Positions 39,697-51,274 of a stretch of DNA of 64,000 nt are shown piece by piece. Origin of the DNA: Nitrososphaeria archaeon (GTDB taxonomy: Archaea > Thermoproteota > Nitrososphaeria > JACIWG01); contig CAVVXT010000014.1 in assembly GCA_963752255.1 (NCBI GenBank), forward strand, positions 146,022 through 210,021. The letters are read 5' to 3'. Position 1 is the first letter of the stretch. Every line of letters starts with the position of its first letter. Made by a program: the position numbers and the translations under genes. The notes below the pieces were generated by a model. That model saw only the letters and a program-made list of their open reading frames with translations, was not told the origin of the DNA and did no database searches.

Positions 39697-40566
39697 TCAG
39701 TTTCGATAAAAGCCACTTGAAGGCTTTACTTTTCCCCCATCTTTGATGAAGGTGCCTTCATCCAGTTCTCTGAATGCTCTGATCAGCTCTTCCTCAGTGT
39801 TCATAACAATGGGCCCTCCCCATGCTATTGGCTCATGTAGCGGTTTACCTGCGGCAAACAAAAAGCGAACGCCGTCTTTCGTACCTATTCTTATGGTGTC
39901 ACCGTCACCGAAGAGAGCGCAGTGCTCCGGCCTGATCGATGAACCACTTGAGTAGGCTGATCCCTTGAATATGTACGCAAACGCGTTCCACCCCCTTTTA
40001 ATAGAACGCTCGAAGGTCTTACCGGCTTTCAATTCTATATCAAAATATTCGACGTCTACAACTAGGTCTTGAACCTGCCCATCTATTCCATCGATCTTAC
40101 CCGCAATAACCTTAACATTTGCCTCTTCCGTTTCCATAGAGGAAATGAATTCTTTTGTTACACCACGGTATCTAGGAGCAATCATCTTCCTTTTAGCAGG
40201 TAAGTTTACCCAGAGTTGGAAGCCCAGCATCATGCCATCGTACCTTCTTGGCATTTCCTGATGAATTATCCCTGAGCCTGCGGTCATCCATTGGATGTCA
40301 CCGGAAGCGATCAACCCGCTGTTGCCGATGCTGTCGCCATGCTCGACTTCCCCATCTAACATGTAGGTGACTGTCTCGATTCCTCTATGGGGGTGCCAGG
40401 GAAAGCCTTTAATATAGTCCTCAGGGTTCTCTGAACCAAAGTGATCAAGGAGCAGAAAGGGGTCAAACAGTGGAACCTCATTGTAGCCAAAGACACGCTT
40501 AAGCCTTACCCCTGCCCCTTCAAGAGTCAACCTGCTTTTGAGAATTTGCCTAACCATCCTTTCCAT
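39697..40566 (-). CDS. Pirin family protein
   Basis: DPFLLLD, GFPWHPHRGIETVTY, WMTAGSGIIHQE, QLWVNLP; likely start ATG 40566. Confidence 0.94.
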   Translation of the reverse strand: MERMVRQILKSRLTLEGAGVRLKRVFGYNEVPLFDPFLLLDHFGSENPEDYIKGFPWHPHRGIETVTYMLDGEVEHGDSIGNSGLIASGDIQWMTAGSGIIHQEMPRRYDGMMLGFQLWVNLPAKRKMIAPRYRGVTKEFISSMETEEANVKVIAGKIDGIDGQVQDLVVDVEYFDIELKAGKTFERSIKRGWNAFAYIFKGSAYSSGSSIRPEHCALFGDGDTIRIGTKDGVRFLFAAGKPLHEPIAWGGPIVMNTEEELIRAFRELDEGTFIKDGGKVKPSSGFYRN

Positions 40567-41020
40567 TTTAACATCACAACACAAGTTATTTCTTAACCTA
40601 CCTAATAATGGTAACGATCCAGTCTTACTTCGGATGCGAAATAACCATTCAATATTAGGGTTCGAGTGTGGACGGTTTAAAGTTGATGAAGATAAGATAT
40701 GGACAAGTTCTGCTGGAGACTCCATCGTTATAAACTGTTTAATCTTTTTATCCCAAATATTCAAATAAGCCCTGAAGTTCAATTGATTTTACATTATCTT
40801 TAGTTTCCAAAACAACAGTAAATTTTTAATTACACAGTTACGCGTACGAATGCGTGCGGGTGGCGGTCCTCCCGCCGTTCCGCGGAATAAACCCCGGGAG
40901 GGAGGTAAATTGAATTTGGAAAAAGAAAGTAAAATAGAGTATAGTAAGAGGAAAGAATTCTCGCTATCTATTCTGATAAACCTTTGATAAGGTGATTGAT
41001 TAACGCAATCTAAAAAAGGA

Positions 41021-41479
41021 TTGAAACCTACTAAAATACAGCAAATTGGTATCACCGCTGTATTCGCTGCAACATACGCCGCACTTGGTTATCTATTCGC
41101 GCCCATTTCATTCCTCGCCATACAAGTTCGAGTCGCTGACGCAATTCTCCCATTAATGGCGTTGTTCGGTTGGCCGTCATTAATAGGCGCCCAGTTAGGA
41201 CTATTCATATTGAACCTGTCAAGCCCGCTTGGACTTATCGACATGACTCCTATATTTGTCTTCATTCCACCATCCTGGCTTGTAGTCAAATATGGTGTTA
41301 AAGCAGTGCCCGTATATGTCGCTTGCATAGGCGTCTGGGTTGGAATTGAATTGTTCCTCGTCTATAACGTGCCGCTACTGTTGACTATGCTTTACGTTGG
41401 TATAGGCGAATCCATAGCGCAAATAGGAATAGGATTTCCTCTCTACTACGCTGTCAAACGAAGGCTCGGATTGAAATGA
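41021..41479 (+). CDS. queT: QueT family (putative preQ0/preQ1) transporter
   Basis: AATYAAL..LFAPISF.AIQVRVADA, G.Q.G..I.N..SPLG..D, GE.IA. Confidence 0.82.
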   Translation: MKPTKIQQIGITAVFAATYAALGYLFAPISFLAIQVRVADAILPLMALFGWPSLIGAQLGLFILNLSSPLGLIDMTPIFVFIPPSWLVVKYGVKAVPVYVACIGVWVGIELFLVYNVPLLLTMLYVGIGESIAQIGIGFPLYYAVKRRLGLK

Positions 41480-41699
41480 CTATAATCCGTTGTCTCGCGT
41501 GTCCATCGTTCGCTGTCGAATATCAGGCCATAAACCGCAAATACGGTTTTATGACCTTCCCACTTTTTTAGATAACGAATTTATACGATTTCATAAAGCG
41601 CAAGTTAAACATTTCACTAAAATCCTCGACAAATACAGGGACAAAATTGAATATGCAGTTTATCCCGACTACGAATATGACCAAATATGTTTGCTCACA
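41476..41699 (+). pseudogene. N-terminal fragment of a possible TGT/DpdA-like TIM-barrel protein
   Basis: ATG overlaps the queT stop (ATGA). With one base added in the T6 run near 41565 it reads MTIIRCLAC...FPLFLDNEF...EYAVYPDY. Confidence 0.35.
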
Positions 41700-42083
41700 C
41701 TAAGGGTCTCCGACGCGCTTATACCTATAAGCTATAACAGGAGGGTAGGTAAGGCCGCTATATACGGCACAGCGCTAGGTGCCATGGTCTCCAACATCTT
41801 ATCATTCTACGGCTTCTACGATCTGTTTCTTGGGACGGTCGCGAACTTCTTTGCGAGCTACGCCGCCTACATGTTTTCGAAGCGTGAGGGCAATCTATGG
41901 AAAGTCTTAGCGGCGGTCTCATCGTGCGCAGTAGTGATCTTCTTCATAGGCTTTCTCCTGTTCCATCTAATATTAAACTTGCCCTTGGAATCCTCGTTAA
42001 TCGGGATATCCATCGGATCCTTCGTTTCGATCGTCCTGCTGGGAATGATCTTGATGGTCGCTTTGGGAAGGATATACCGATAA
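41700..42083 (+). pseudogene. queT: Second QueT gene lacking its N-terminus, fused to the upstream fragment
   Basis: LRVSDALIP...G.ALG..VSNILS.YG.YDLFLGTVAN plus TMs; first QueT helix absent. Confidence 0.7.
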
Positions 42084-42257
42084 TTTACGGTGGAAATTTC
42101 TCAGCCTTCCCGTATTATCGACTTGCTCGCCTGGAAACCCCTTTTTGTCAACTTTTCAAATCGAGGTGGATCGAAATTCCAGTTGGTTTAGATGGTACAG
42201 AAATGGTTCTCTCTTTGTGAACAAAAATTTATATAGATTTAGCAATTTTTAGGAAGT

Positions 42258-42857
42258 ATGTCAGAAGTTCTAGAGAACCATATTGTAATAAAGCTTCATC
42301 GCCCCAGTATATATGAAAAATTGTTCTTCCTTACCTCAGGAATTATTATAAGTGTTCCCTTTACTTTCTTTTTGGAGACTCTAGCTGACCAGTACTTTCT
42401 TTATATACCAAAATTTTACTTTACTATCTTTACTGTCGCAATTCTGGCGCCCTTAATTGAAGAATTCGCGAAAGCCTACCCATTATTCTTTCGCCATGGT
42501 GAAACAGAGAGGTCAATTTTAATCCTAGGTCTCCTTGTGGGATTGGGTTTTGGTTTATCAGAATTTTTTGTCTACATATTTGTATATGGTGCACCAATAT
42601 ATTCGAGGATTTCTGGTATAATCTTCCACGCATCCAATACGTCTATAGTCGCATATGGAGTAGCAAAAAGGCGAATTCTCCTCTTTTATTTTATTTCAGT
42701 ATTTTTTCACTCCATAATTAACCTCTCAATATTAATTGGAAATTTCTATTTAGTAATAGGATTTATTTGTACTCTATTATCATACTTCCTTCTATTTTAT
42801 TTTTTCGCAAGAACAAAAGAAAACTTCTGTAGAGACTCTAGCTGTCTACCTAACTAA
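42258..42857 (+). CDS. PrsW family intramembrane protease
   Basis: APLIEEFAK, GLGFGLSE, IFHA, FFHSIIN. Confidence 0.85.
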   Translation: MSEVLENHIVIKLHRPSIYEKLFFLTSGIIISVPFTFFLETLADQYFLYIPKFYFTIFTVAILAPLIEEFAKAYPLFFRHGETERSILILGLLVGLGFGLSEFFVYIFVYGAPIYSRISGIIFHASNTSIVAYGVAKRRILLFYFISVFFHSIINLSILIGNFYLVIGFICTLLSYFLLFYFFARTKENFCRDSSCLPN

Positions 42858-42969
42858 AATAAATTAATAAAAACATAAAATTAACTAATTTATGATAATT
42901 TCGGATAAAAGAAGATTTGTGTTAAAATTGTATTAAAATTTAAATATTGGTTTTTTTACATTTACAAGC

Positions 42970-43968
42970 ATGAAATACAGACGTCTTGGAAAATCTGGAG
43001 TAAATGTATCTGAATTATGTCTGGGTACCATGGGATTTGGAGACGAAGTTGATGAGGCTACTGCTGCACAAATTATTAAGAGGGCCGCTGACTTAGGAGT
43101 CAACTTTGTTGATACGGCAAATGTTTACGCCAAAGGTAGGTCTGAAGAAATCGTGGGTAGAGCGATCAAGGGCATGAGGGAAAGCCTCGTTCTGGCTACA
43201 AAGGTCCGTCACGAAATGGGAACTGGCCCTAACGATGAAGGATTAAGTCGAAAACATATAATACATCAAGTCCAAGAAAGCCTCCGCAGGCTGGACACCG
43301 ACTACATCGACATCCTATACGTTCATAGACCAAGCAACGTAGATATGATGAAGGGGTTCATCGGAGAGCCTGTGCCTTTAGAGGAGACACTCGGGGCTCT
43401 CACTGATCTGGTCAGATGGGGAAAAGTTCATTACATTGGATGCTCAAACTTTCCAGCTTGGCTTCACTGTAAAGCTCTTTGGACAAGCGATGTCCATGAC
43501 TTTGAGAAAATGGTTGTCAGTCAGCCTAGATACAACCTCCTCCAAAGGGAGATCGAACGCGAAATTATACCTTTCTGCGTAGACCAAGGGATCGGAATTG
43601 TACCATACAGTCCTTTGGCTGGAGGATCTTTGACTGGAAAGTACAGGGCCGGTAGTCCTCCTCCAAAAGGCAGCCGAGGTGCTATCAAACCAGGATTCTT
43701 CCCGAGACATGGATTTCACTGGGAGGACCCGCACAACCTGAAGGTAATTCAAGGTTTAGAAGCCTTCTCAAAAGAGATCGGCAAGCCAATGGCGCAGATC
43801 GCTTTAGCCTGGATGCTTGCCAACCCTGCTATAACCTCGCCCATTATAGCCGCTACTAACACAAGGCAGCTTGAAGAGAATCTGGCTGCAACAGAACTCA
43901 GTCTCAGCAAGTCTGATCTTGAGAGGATTGACCAAATAGCGCCAGTATTAGGACCCTACTTCACATAA
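42970..43968 (+). CDS. Aldo/keto reductase
   Basis: LCLGTM, DTANVY, LATK, SLRRLDTDYID, YSPLAGG. Confidence 0.95.
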   Translation: MKYRRLGKSGVNVSELCLGTMGFGDEVDEATAAQIIKRAADLGVNFVDTANVYAKGRSEEIVGRAIKGMRESLVLATKVRHEMGTGPNDEGLSRKHIIHQVQESLRRLDTDYIDILYVHRPSNVDMMKGFIGEPVPLEETLGALTDLVRWGKVHYIGCSNFPAWLHCKALWTSDVHDFEKMVVSQPRYNLLQREIEREIIPFCVDQGIGIVPYSPLAGGSLTGKYRAGSPPPKGSRGAIKPGFFPRHGFHWEDPHNLKVIQGLEAFSKEIGKPMAQIALAWMLANPAITSPIIAATNTRQLEENLAATELSLSKSDLERIDQIAPVLGPYFT

Positions 43969-44225
43969 TGGATTAAACTAATATAACGTAAGATTTAAAG
44001 AAAATTCATGCTAATATATTGCATAATATTTCGGATTATGGATTATTAGAAGTGCACAGTTTACCATTTGCTTTAAAGTGATTGCGTAAGAGTCGCACTG
44101 AATGAAGTAGATTTGAACCTCGTGCTATTTGTATGAACAACAATGACCTCAGTCATTACCCTCTAATAGTTGTCTAGCCGTTTAAAGGTTAATCATTAAA
44201 TAAATAGCTAATTAAGATGTAAGGT

Positions 44226-45196
44226 ATGGTAAAGAGTCGCGCTGCCTTTTTTGAAGGCCCTGGTAAAGTTTATCTGAAAGAGCTTGACATCGCACCCGGT
44301 CCTGACCAGGTTCTTGTAAAAACTTTTCAGGCATCGATCTGCGGTACTGACAAAATAGCTTATCGAGGAGACATTTCTGGGGAAGTTAAGCTGCCGATCT
44401 TTCCCTGGGGGCATGAAGGCGGTGGAACAGTGGTTGAAGTGGGATCCGAGGTGAACGGTTTTTCGGTTGGCGATAAAGTGATGTCATTTGGGAAGGGTAC
44501 CTACGCCGACTACGTCTTGTTTGATGTGCCGTATGGCTGCCTGCCTGCTCCTGAAGGCGTGGACATGGACATAGCCTGCTTAGGTGAACCTTTGACGTGT
44601 GCCGTTTTCGCTAGCCAGCTTGTTAGTAAGAGTATACAAGTAGGCGATATCGTCGCTGTAATCGGTGCAGGTTTTGCAGGCCAAATTCTGGCACAAGGTG
44701 CTAGAAAGGGGGTGCAGAAAAGGTGGTTGTTATTGATATTGTTGACGAAAAACTTGACCTTGCAAAACGATTAGGTGCGAACACAATCGTGAACCCAAAA
44801 AAAGAGAACCATGTAGAAGCTATAAAGGCCATCTCTGATGGCCGAGGTGTAGACGTTGTTGTTGAAGCTTCAGGTTCGGGGGAAGGGTTAAATATTGCAT
44901 CAAATATCGTCAGGCGCAACGGAACCATTGCTATTTATAGTCACTATATGAAACCGTTTACCGTCAACATGTACAGATGGCATGAAGATGCGCTTAATAT
45001 AGTGCACACATGTCTTATGCACCGAACAAAAGAAGAGATGGTTGTTGGTATCAGAGATGCATTCAGGCTAATAAAACGAGGTATATTCGACGTTAGGCCT
45101 CTACTAAATCGTAAGTACAAGCTTGAGGAAATAAAGGAAGCTTTTGAGAATGAAATAGTTGATCAAACGTCCATAAAGACATTAATCCTACCATAG
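44226..45196 (+). CDS. Zn-dependent medium-chain (polyol/sugar) dehydrogenase (frameshift in G-run 44708-44712)
   Basis: ICGTD, GHEGGG, GAGFAG; adding one G joins ORFs 44226..44774 and 44723..45196. Confidence 0.88.
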
Positions 45197-45392
45197 CTTT
45201 TCATTTTGTGACTACTCAGAATGTTTAAGGCAGGCTTATAAGACTCTAAACATAAAAATTATCGAAGTTTAACTGTACATCTTATATTAACGACGCGTTC
45301 AGAAGAAAGTAAAGTTGAATTTATTATTCAAGTTGACTTTTCTATTGGATGAAAATATAAACTTAAATACTACTTAAAATAATTTCCTGAAC

Positions 45393-45611
45393 ATGACTAA
45401 TCAACAGCGAACAAAAAAAAACTTTAAGGGATTTGCAGTTCCAATATTAATTCTTATTATTATTATCTCAATGTTAATTGTTGCAGGTTTCACAACTAAT
45501 GCAATATTGTTCCAATTTTTACTAGCGTTACTAGTTCTTGTTATGGCTGGTTGGATGATTGTACCTCTATTATTACCAGGTTCGTTCAAAGGAAGAACGT
45601 TTAATAAATAA
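45393..45611 (+). CDS. Small two-TM membrane protein
   Basis: 72-aa ORF with two hydrophobic helices. Confidence 0.5.
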   Translation: MTNQQRTKKNFKGFAVPILILIIIISMLIVAGFTTNAILFQFLLALLVLVMAGWMIVPLLLPGSFKGRTFNK

Positions 45612-45775
45612 TAGTTGTTTTCTTTTTTTCAAAATGTTTATAAAATTCATATAATAAGTATAATTAAATCTAGTATTTTGTAAAATTGAATAAATAAGAT
45701 AACAAATGATATAAAGTAATATGATATAATAAAAAGATAGGAGAGTTAAAATAGTAGTGTTCGTCACTATATACC

Positions 45776-47222
45776 ATGGGTCAAGAACCTAAAAAAATGG
45801 ATAGAAGGAACTTCATATATGCGGGTCTTGGTGCTGCAGTTATAGTAGTAGGCGGTGTCGCGGTATATTCTTTAACTCGAGCGCCACAAATTAGTACAAC
45901 AACTGCAACAACAACTGCAACAACAACTGCAACAACAACTGCTTTTACAACATCTACAAAATCAACATATAGTCTACCAATAACTTCAAAATGGACTGGT
46001 CCCACAACAACTATAAATGTAATCGCAGAAGATGGGCCTCAATGGGACATTGCCGCAAAATATGCGGATGAATGCTTGGCAGAAACAGGGGTGACTGCTA
46101 ATGTCGCTTTCTATGCTGAAAATGACCGCAGAGCAAAAATATTGCTGGACGCTTCCACAGGAGCTGGTGCTTTCCAAGTTTATCATATTGACGAGGCAGA
46201 TACAGCAACATTGGGAGCGAACAATTGGGTACTTCCGATCAAAGACTATTACCCCTCGGCATATGATTTCGACGATTTCGTTGCTCCACAAAAAAACACC
46301 TTGAGCTATAAAGGGGTGAATTACGGTGCTCCATTCCTTGCTGAAATGGACTTAGTTTTCTATAGGAAAGACGTGTACTCGAAGGCAGGAATTAATCCTC
46401 CTGTAACAACTGACGATTTCTTAGCAGACGCTCAAAAATTCCAAAACCCACCGGCTATGTGGGGATGTGGAACAAGGGGGGAGCGTGGATCTGGGGCGAA
46501 TGTTTGGAGATGGAGCCCGTACTTGGTCAGGTGGGGTGGAACATACCTCGATTCTTCAGGGAACCCTGTTTTCAACTCTCAAGCAGCGATTGACGCGACA
46601 GCATATTACATAAAATTAATTCAACTGTCTCCAAGCCCTACAATGCTTTGGTCAGATATACAGTCCGGTTTTTGCGCTGGGAACTTTACTATGCCTAGAG
46701 GACGCACATTTGTGGTATGACCAATTCAATGACCCAACTAAATCGACGATAGTCGGTAATGTTGGCACAACTTTACCAAGTGCAAATTCAGAGACAGGTA
46801 TAAACGTTTCAGCTATGTGCTGTCATGGAGCAGGAATATCAACAGCCGGTTGTAAAACAGCAGATCAGAAAAATGCAGCCGCTAGGTACATCGCGTGGCT
46901 AACATCGAAAAATATGGAAATGGCCAGAATTCACTCTGGTTATGGCTTATATATCTCTAGGACCACTTCTTACAACAGCCCTGACTTGGCAGCAGTATAT
47001 CCGGCAGACTTCATAAAGACACAAAATGGTTGTATACCACTTCAAAAGCTCTGCATACCACAGATTCCACAATGGCCACAAATTGGAGACTACTTGGGAA
47101 TAAAGCTTGAAGAGTTGTTCACTGCGGCATTTGCTGGGACAACAATAAGTACTAGCACTATTAAGGCATCCTTAGACGACGCAGTGTCGTACGCTCAGAA
47201 AGCTATAACGACCACATCATAA
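45776..47222 (+). CDS. Sugar ABC transporter substrate-binding protein, Tat-type signal (frameshift ~46670-46695)
   Basis: MDRRNFIY twin-Arg signal, T-rich linker, YGAPF...FYRKD, AARYIAWLTS, PQIPQWPQI. Confidence 0.88.
45896..45942 (+). repeat. Coding tandem repeat ACAACAACTGC(A) x4 (TTTA linker)
   Basis: 12-bp unit visible directly in the SBP linker. Confidence 0.85.
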
Positions 47223-47282
47223 ACTACAACTACCTAATTTCGACAACATCAACTCAACATCACAAAAAGTAGGAAGGTTAAA

Positions 47283-48149
47283 TTGAAACAAAAAACCTTC
47301 TTCCTCCTCTTTTTTATTCCAGCTTTAGTATTCATTTTCTTTTGGGCATTTTATCCTATGTTCGAAGTAGTCTATCTAGCATTTACAAACAGGGATTTTA
47401 GAGTAGGGGGTTCTGGTAGCTTTATTGGGCTAACAAATTTTGTACAATTATTCAGCGATAGCCGATTTTATAATGATCTTGGTATTACTTTACAATGGTT
47501 ATTGACAACTATTATTGGTGGTGTAGCTCTTGGACTTATACTTGCTTCAATAGTCTTTGAATTTACTAGTGGAAAGTTTAGGTCTGTCTGTTTATTAGCA
47601 TTTGTAATACCTGCGATGCTTCCCAGTGTTGCAGCAGCTTATATGTGGAAACTCATGTATTCACCTTCAATAGGGATAATATCTTACCTTTTTAGTCTCG
47701 TAGGGGTGCCTGGACTCGCACTATTGAGTCTTCCATCTGTAGCACTGTATGCATGCGCGTTAATACAAATCTGGCAGTGGGGTTGTCTTCTCGGGGCTCT
47801 TATAGTAATATTACTTGAGACAGTTCCGCGGGATGCCATAGAAGCCGCAAGGGTTTTTGGTGCTGGTGGCTTAACACTTTATAGAACTATTCTTTTTCCA
47901 ATAATTGCACCTGGCTTGACTAGTCTGATTTTCCTTAATATGATAATTTCCCTAAGAAGCTTTGACTACATATACGTTCTCACTGGCGGAGGACCTGGAC
48001 TAGCAACAGAAACAATAGATTTGTATGCTTATTGGGAAGCTATTGGATCATCAGGACTAGTTTCATATGCGTGTTGCATGTCTATTATTATGTTATTAAT
48101 CACGATGGTAATCATGACTGTTTTTTGGAGAGTGACTCATCGCTCTTGA
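47283..48149 (+). CDS. Carbohydrate ABC permease (MalF-like)
   Basis: FIGLTNF, EAARVFGA, FDYIYVLTGGGPG. Confidence 0.93.
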   Translation: MKQKTFFLLFFIPALVFIFFWAFYPMFEVVYLAFTNRDFRVGGSGSFIGLTNFVQLFSDSRFYNDLGITLQWLLTTIIGGVALGLILASIVFEFTSGKFRSVCLLAFVIPAMLPSVAAAYMWKLMYSPSIGIISYLFSLVGVPGLALLSLPSVALYACALIQIWQWGCLLGALIVILLETVPRDAIEAARVFGAGGLTLYRTILFPIIAPGLTSLIFLNMIISLRSFDYIYVLTGGGPGLATETIDLYAYWEAIGSSGLVSYACCMSIIMLLITMVIMTVFWRVTHRS

Positions 48150-48952
48150 AAATTAAGAAATTGATAACCAATATTATTATTATAATAATCTTACTGGGTA
48201 TTCTATTCCCGGTTATTTGGATGGTGCTTACTTCTTTTAAACAAACAGTAGACATCCTCACTTTTCCTCCAAAAGTGTTTTTCAACCCAACATTAGCTAA
48301 TTATATTTCTGTTCTAACAACACAACGAGTCGCCAAGGGGCTAGAAAATAGTTTAATCGTTGTTCTAAGTGCATTGGGTTTAGGATGTTTGCTTGGCATA
48401 CCTTTGGCATATATCTTTGCTCGTTTCGAGTTCTCGAATAAAAATGGCTTGCAATTTTTTATTGCTACTCTAAGATTCATGCCTCCTGTTACAATTATTA
48501 TCCCTTTCTTATTCATATGGCTGAGTTTAGGGCTTTACGACACTTATCCTTCGATCATTATATCATATTTGATTACAACTTCAAGTACGATGATCTGGTT
48601 ATCAATTGAATGTTTTAAATCTATACCACCGCATTGCGAAGAAGCTTCCGCTGTAGACGGTTGCACTGATTTCCAAACTTTTTCTAAGATCGCTTTACCT
48701 CTTGCCCTCCCAAGTATTCTAGGAATGACTGTTTTCGGTTTTCTTTTAGTATGGAATGAATTCTTCCTAGCATTTGTTCTTACTGCCGTCAAATCGTTTA
48801 CTCTACCAGTAGCAGTCGCTTCAGCTGTCTCGTTCGCTCAGGAAGTTCCGTGGGGAAGGGTTTCCGCTATGGTTATTCTGCTTTCAATTCCGCCATTGGT
48901 GTTAACGTACTTTCTTTTAAGATTCCTACCATATTACTATAAAATGCAATAA
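48146..48952 (+). CDS. Carbohydrate ABC permease (MalG-like)
   Basis: FPVIWMVLTSFK, EEASAVDG, WNEFFLA; likely TTG start 48146. Confidence 0.93.
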   Translation: MKIKKLITNIIIIIILLGILFPVIWMVLTSFKQTVDILTFPPKVFFNPTLANYISVLTTQRVAKGLENSLIVVLSALGLGCLLGIPLAYIFARFEFSNKNGLQFFIATLRFMPPVTIIIPFLFIWLSLGLYDTYPSIIISYLITTSSTMIWLSIECFKSIPPHCEEASAVDGCTDFQTFSKIALPLALPSILGMTVFGFLLVWNEFFLAFVLTAVKSFTLPVAVASAVSFAQEVPWGRVSAMVILLSIPPLVLTYFLLRFLPYYYKMQ

Positions 48953-49271
48953 CTCAATATTCTAATTGGCTATTTGAAAATAAAGGCCTCAAAATTTAGC
49001 TTTGATGATGTCCTATTAGATGTAATGCAGACAAATAAGATGAAAAGCGTTTTTCACTAGAAATGAATTAAATCCATATTCCTTACTTTTATCTTGCTTA
49101 TTTCTAGTGTACATCTTTCTTTCCCAACTTGAAAAAGTTTTAAACAGTATTTTTGAGGAAATAGCATGCGATATCAACTTAACTGCTTGTACATCATTTT
49201 ACAAAATTCCAAATACCTTGATGGAGAAGTATACGAAATGTTTAAAAAATAAAACATTTTAACGTAAAATT

Positions 49272-50015
49272 ATGATCGAAAAAATTAGGAAGACCAAAGA
49301 TATAAGTGAGATGGGTAACGTTGAAATAATGCAGGAACTCAGGAAATTTGATACAGCTACAATCTGCAACGTGGTCGCGACTTATCAACCTCATGATGGT
49401 GATATTTGCCTAAAACTTTACGATGCGTGGTATGGAGAATACTATACTAACACAACTCTTCATTGCATGTATCCTTCAATTGAACCTTTATGTGGTTATG
49501 CTACAACTGCATGGTACTCGCAAACTTCTGAATCTTATACTGAACTTGATAATTGGGCATTATATGATCATATAGAGCAAATCAAAAAACCCATAATCCT
49601 TGCTACAAAGCAGACGTATCCATCTAAGTTATCTGGGCTAGCCGGTCTTTTCGGTGGTAATTTTACAGCACAATTAAAGTTTTTGGGTGTTATTGGTGTT
49701 GTAACCGATGGGCCGATGAGAGACTACGAAGAAGTAAAAGATATGAACTTTCAATATTTGGTGTCTGGACTTACTTCAGGGCATGGTCCTTTAATGTTGC
49801 GGGGAGTGGGTATACCTATCAATATCGCAGGGATGGCCGTTCAACCTGGAGATATAATACATATGGATATATGTGGCGCTGCTAAGTTTCCAGAAAAATA
49901 CCTTCCAAAAGTTTTGGAGTATTCAACTGAATTAAGGAAACGTGAAAAAAAGTATCAAAGTAGATTCCATGATCCAGAGTTCAGTTACAAGAAATGGAAA
50001 GAGAGTTCAAAATAA
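49272..50015 (+). CDS. RraA/HMG-CHA aldolase family protein
   Basis: DTATICN, GYATT, FGG, GVVTDGPMRD, VQPGDIIH.D..G. Confidence 0.88.
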   Translation: MIEKIRKTKDISEMGNVEIMQELRKFDTATICNVVATYQPHDGDICLKLYDAWYGEYYTNTTLHCMYPSIEPLCGYATTAWYSQTSESYTELDNWALYDHIEQIKKPIILATKQTYPSKLSGLAGLFGGNFTAQLKFLGVIGVVTDGPMRDYEEVKDMNFQYLVSGLTSGHGPLMLRGVGIPINIAGMAVQPGDIIHMDICGAAKFPEKYLPKVLEYSTELRKREKKYQSRFHDPEFSYKKWKESSK

Positions 50016-50450
50016 ATGTAAATCATCTTGTTTATTTTTCTTTTATATATAGAAATCATCTTTTTTTAAATTCCAATGTTTAAGGTAATTTGGGCTAAGA
50101 ATCGGCTATCGCCTAGAATAAATATCGTCATTAAAAAAATGGTTTTATATGCGCTCTAAACTTTAGTGGGAGTAACCTACGAATAAGTAATAAGAAGGTA
50201 TTCCGCATTTTATCAACAGATCATCTTCTATATTAACCAAAGATAATAGAATGATGTAAAATAGATCAAATTTTATTTAAAATCTGCTAAAGTTTGATTT
50301 AGGTTTGAATCTGAGTGTATTCAAGTGACGAATTTGCATAGAACTTGAAGATTGAACCAATTGTCACTAGCATCCTCATCAATTTCTTTTAACATTCCCT
50401 GCAGATTAAAATAAATAACACACGATCTCTGAGTTTCACTAACAACTTCT

Positions 50451-50984
50451 CTATGGTATTATTTGTTCTGGAGGCCTGCGGGGATTATCTGCAGGAATAT
50501 ACGTAATTTCGTATATGAAGCCCATTTTAGGTGCTGTGTCAAAGTAGAAGTATTGTTCATGTTTTTCTTTTGTACCGAATTTACCAGTTTGAATCACTTT
50601 TATTCCTTGCTTTTCGAACCTTCTTATCTCCCGATTGACATCATCCCAAGAGTTATAGAATCGAGCAACATGGTGGAGCATACCATCTTTTCCCTCTTTA
50701 AGAAACTCCTTATAGATGCTTGGTCCCTCAAGAGGTGCAATTATTTCGAATTGTACCGGACCCATGCATGCTGTAGCATTTTTATGAGAATAAAACACTG
50801 GATTACCTCTGACCTGAGTATCAAAATGATTGGGTGGTCCAAATGTGGTGACTTCCCACGACCCTAACGCTAGAGTGTTACTTACTTTTTTGACAGCTTC
50901 ATCAAGATCACTCACAACAGTTGCTACTTGGTTAATTTCTTTGAATCCTTCAAAAAAACTAAATGGTCTGCATATTATTGACAT
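50451..50984 (-). CDS. VOC family protein (methylmalonyl-CoA epimerase-like)
   Basis: NQVATVVSDLD, FEIIAPLEGPSIY, LHHVA, YFDT...G.IYE. Confidence 0.88.
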   Translation of the reverse strand: MSIICRPFSFFEGFKEINQVATVVSDLDEAVKKVSNTLALGSWEVTTFGPPNHFDTQVRGNPVFYSHKNATACMGPVQFEIIAPLEGPSIYKEFLKEGKDGMLHHVARFYNSWDDVNREIRRFEKQGIKVIQTGKFGTKEKHEQYFYFDTAPKMGFIYEITYIPADNPRRPPEQIIP

Positions 50985-51274
50985 AGAAATATATTAAATA
51001 AAAATGTAGTAAATAAACTTTTTTCAAGTTTCTGTTTCTCGCTAAAATATTCCTATAATTGCTAAAAATATTTTGAATTAATAAGGTGATTCCTTTGTCG
51101 AAAATTCATGTTGTTGCGGAATACTATAACCTAAGTAAATCAATGTGGTACTTGAACATGAGATCTAAGCTGTGTCAGAGTTTAGTCTTTGATTAGAAAT
51201 TACCCAATTATATTCTTTAACTAAGTTTAGATAATAAAATATTCCCAAATTAGATAAGTTCGTCGCTTAACGCT

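Noticed and set aside
40838-40910. Calling the hairpin a preQ1-I riboswitch or HDV-like ribozyme
   Set aside because: It lacks the preQ1-I loop and A-rich tail consensus, and P1/P2/P4 of an HDV fold could not be built convincingly; kept only as an unclassified element.
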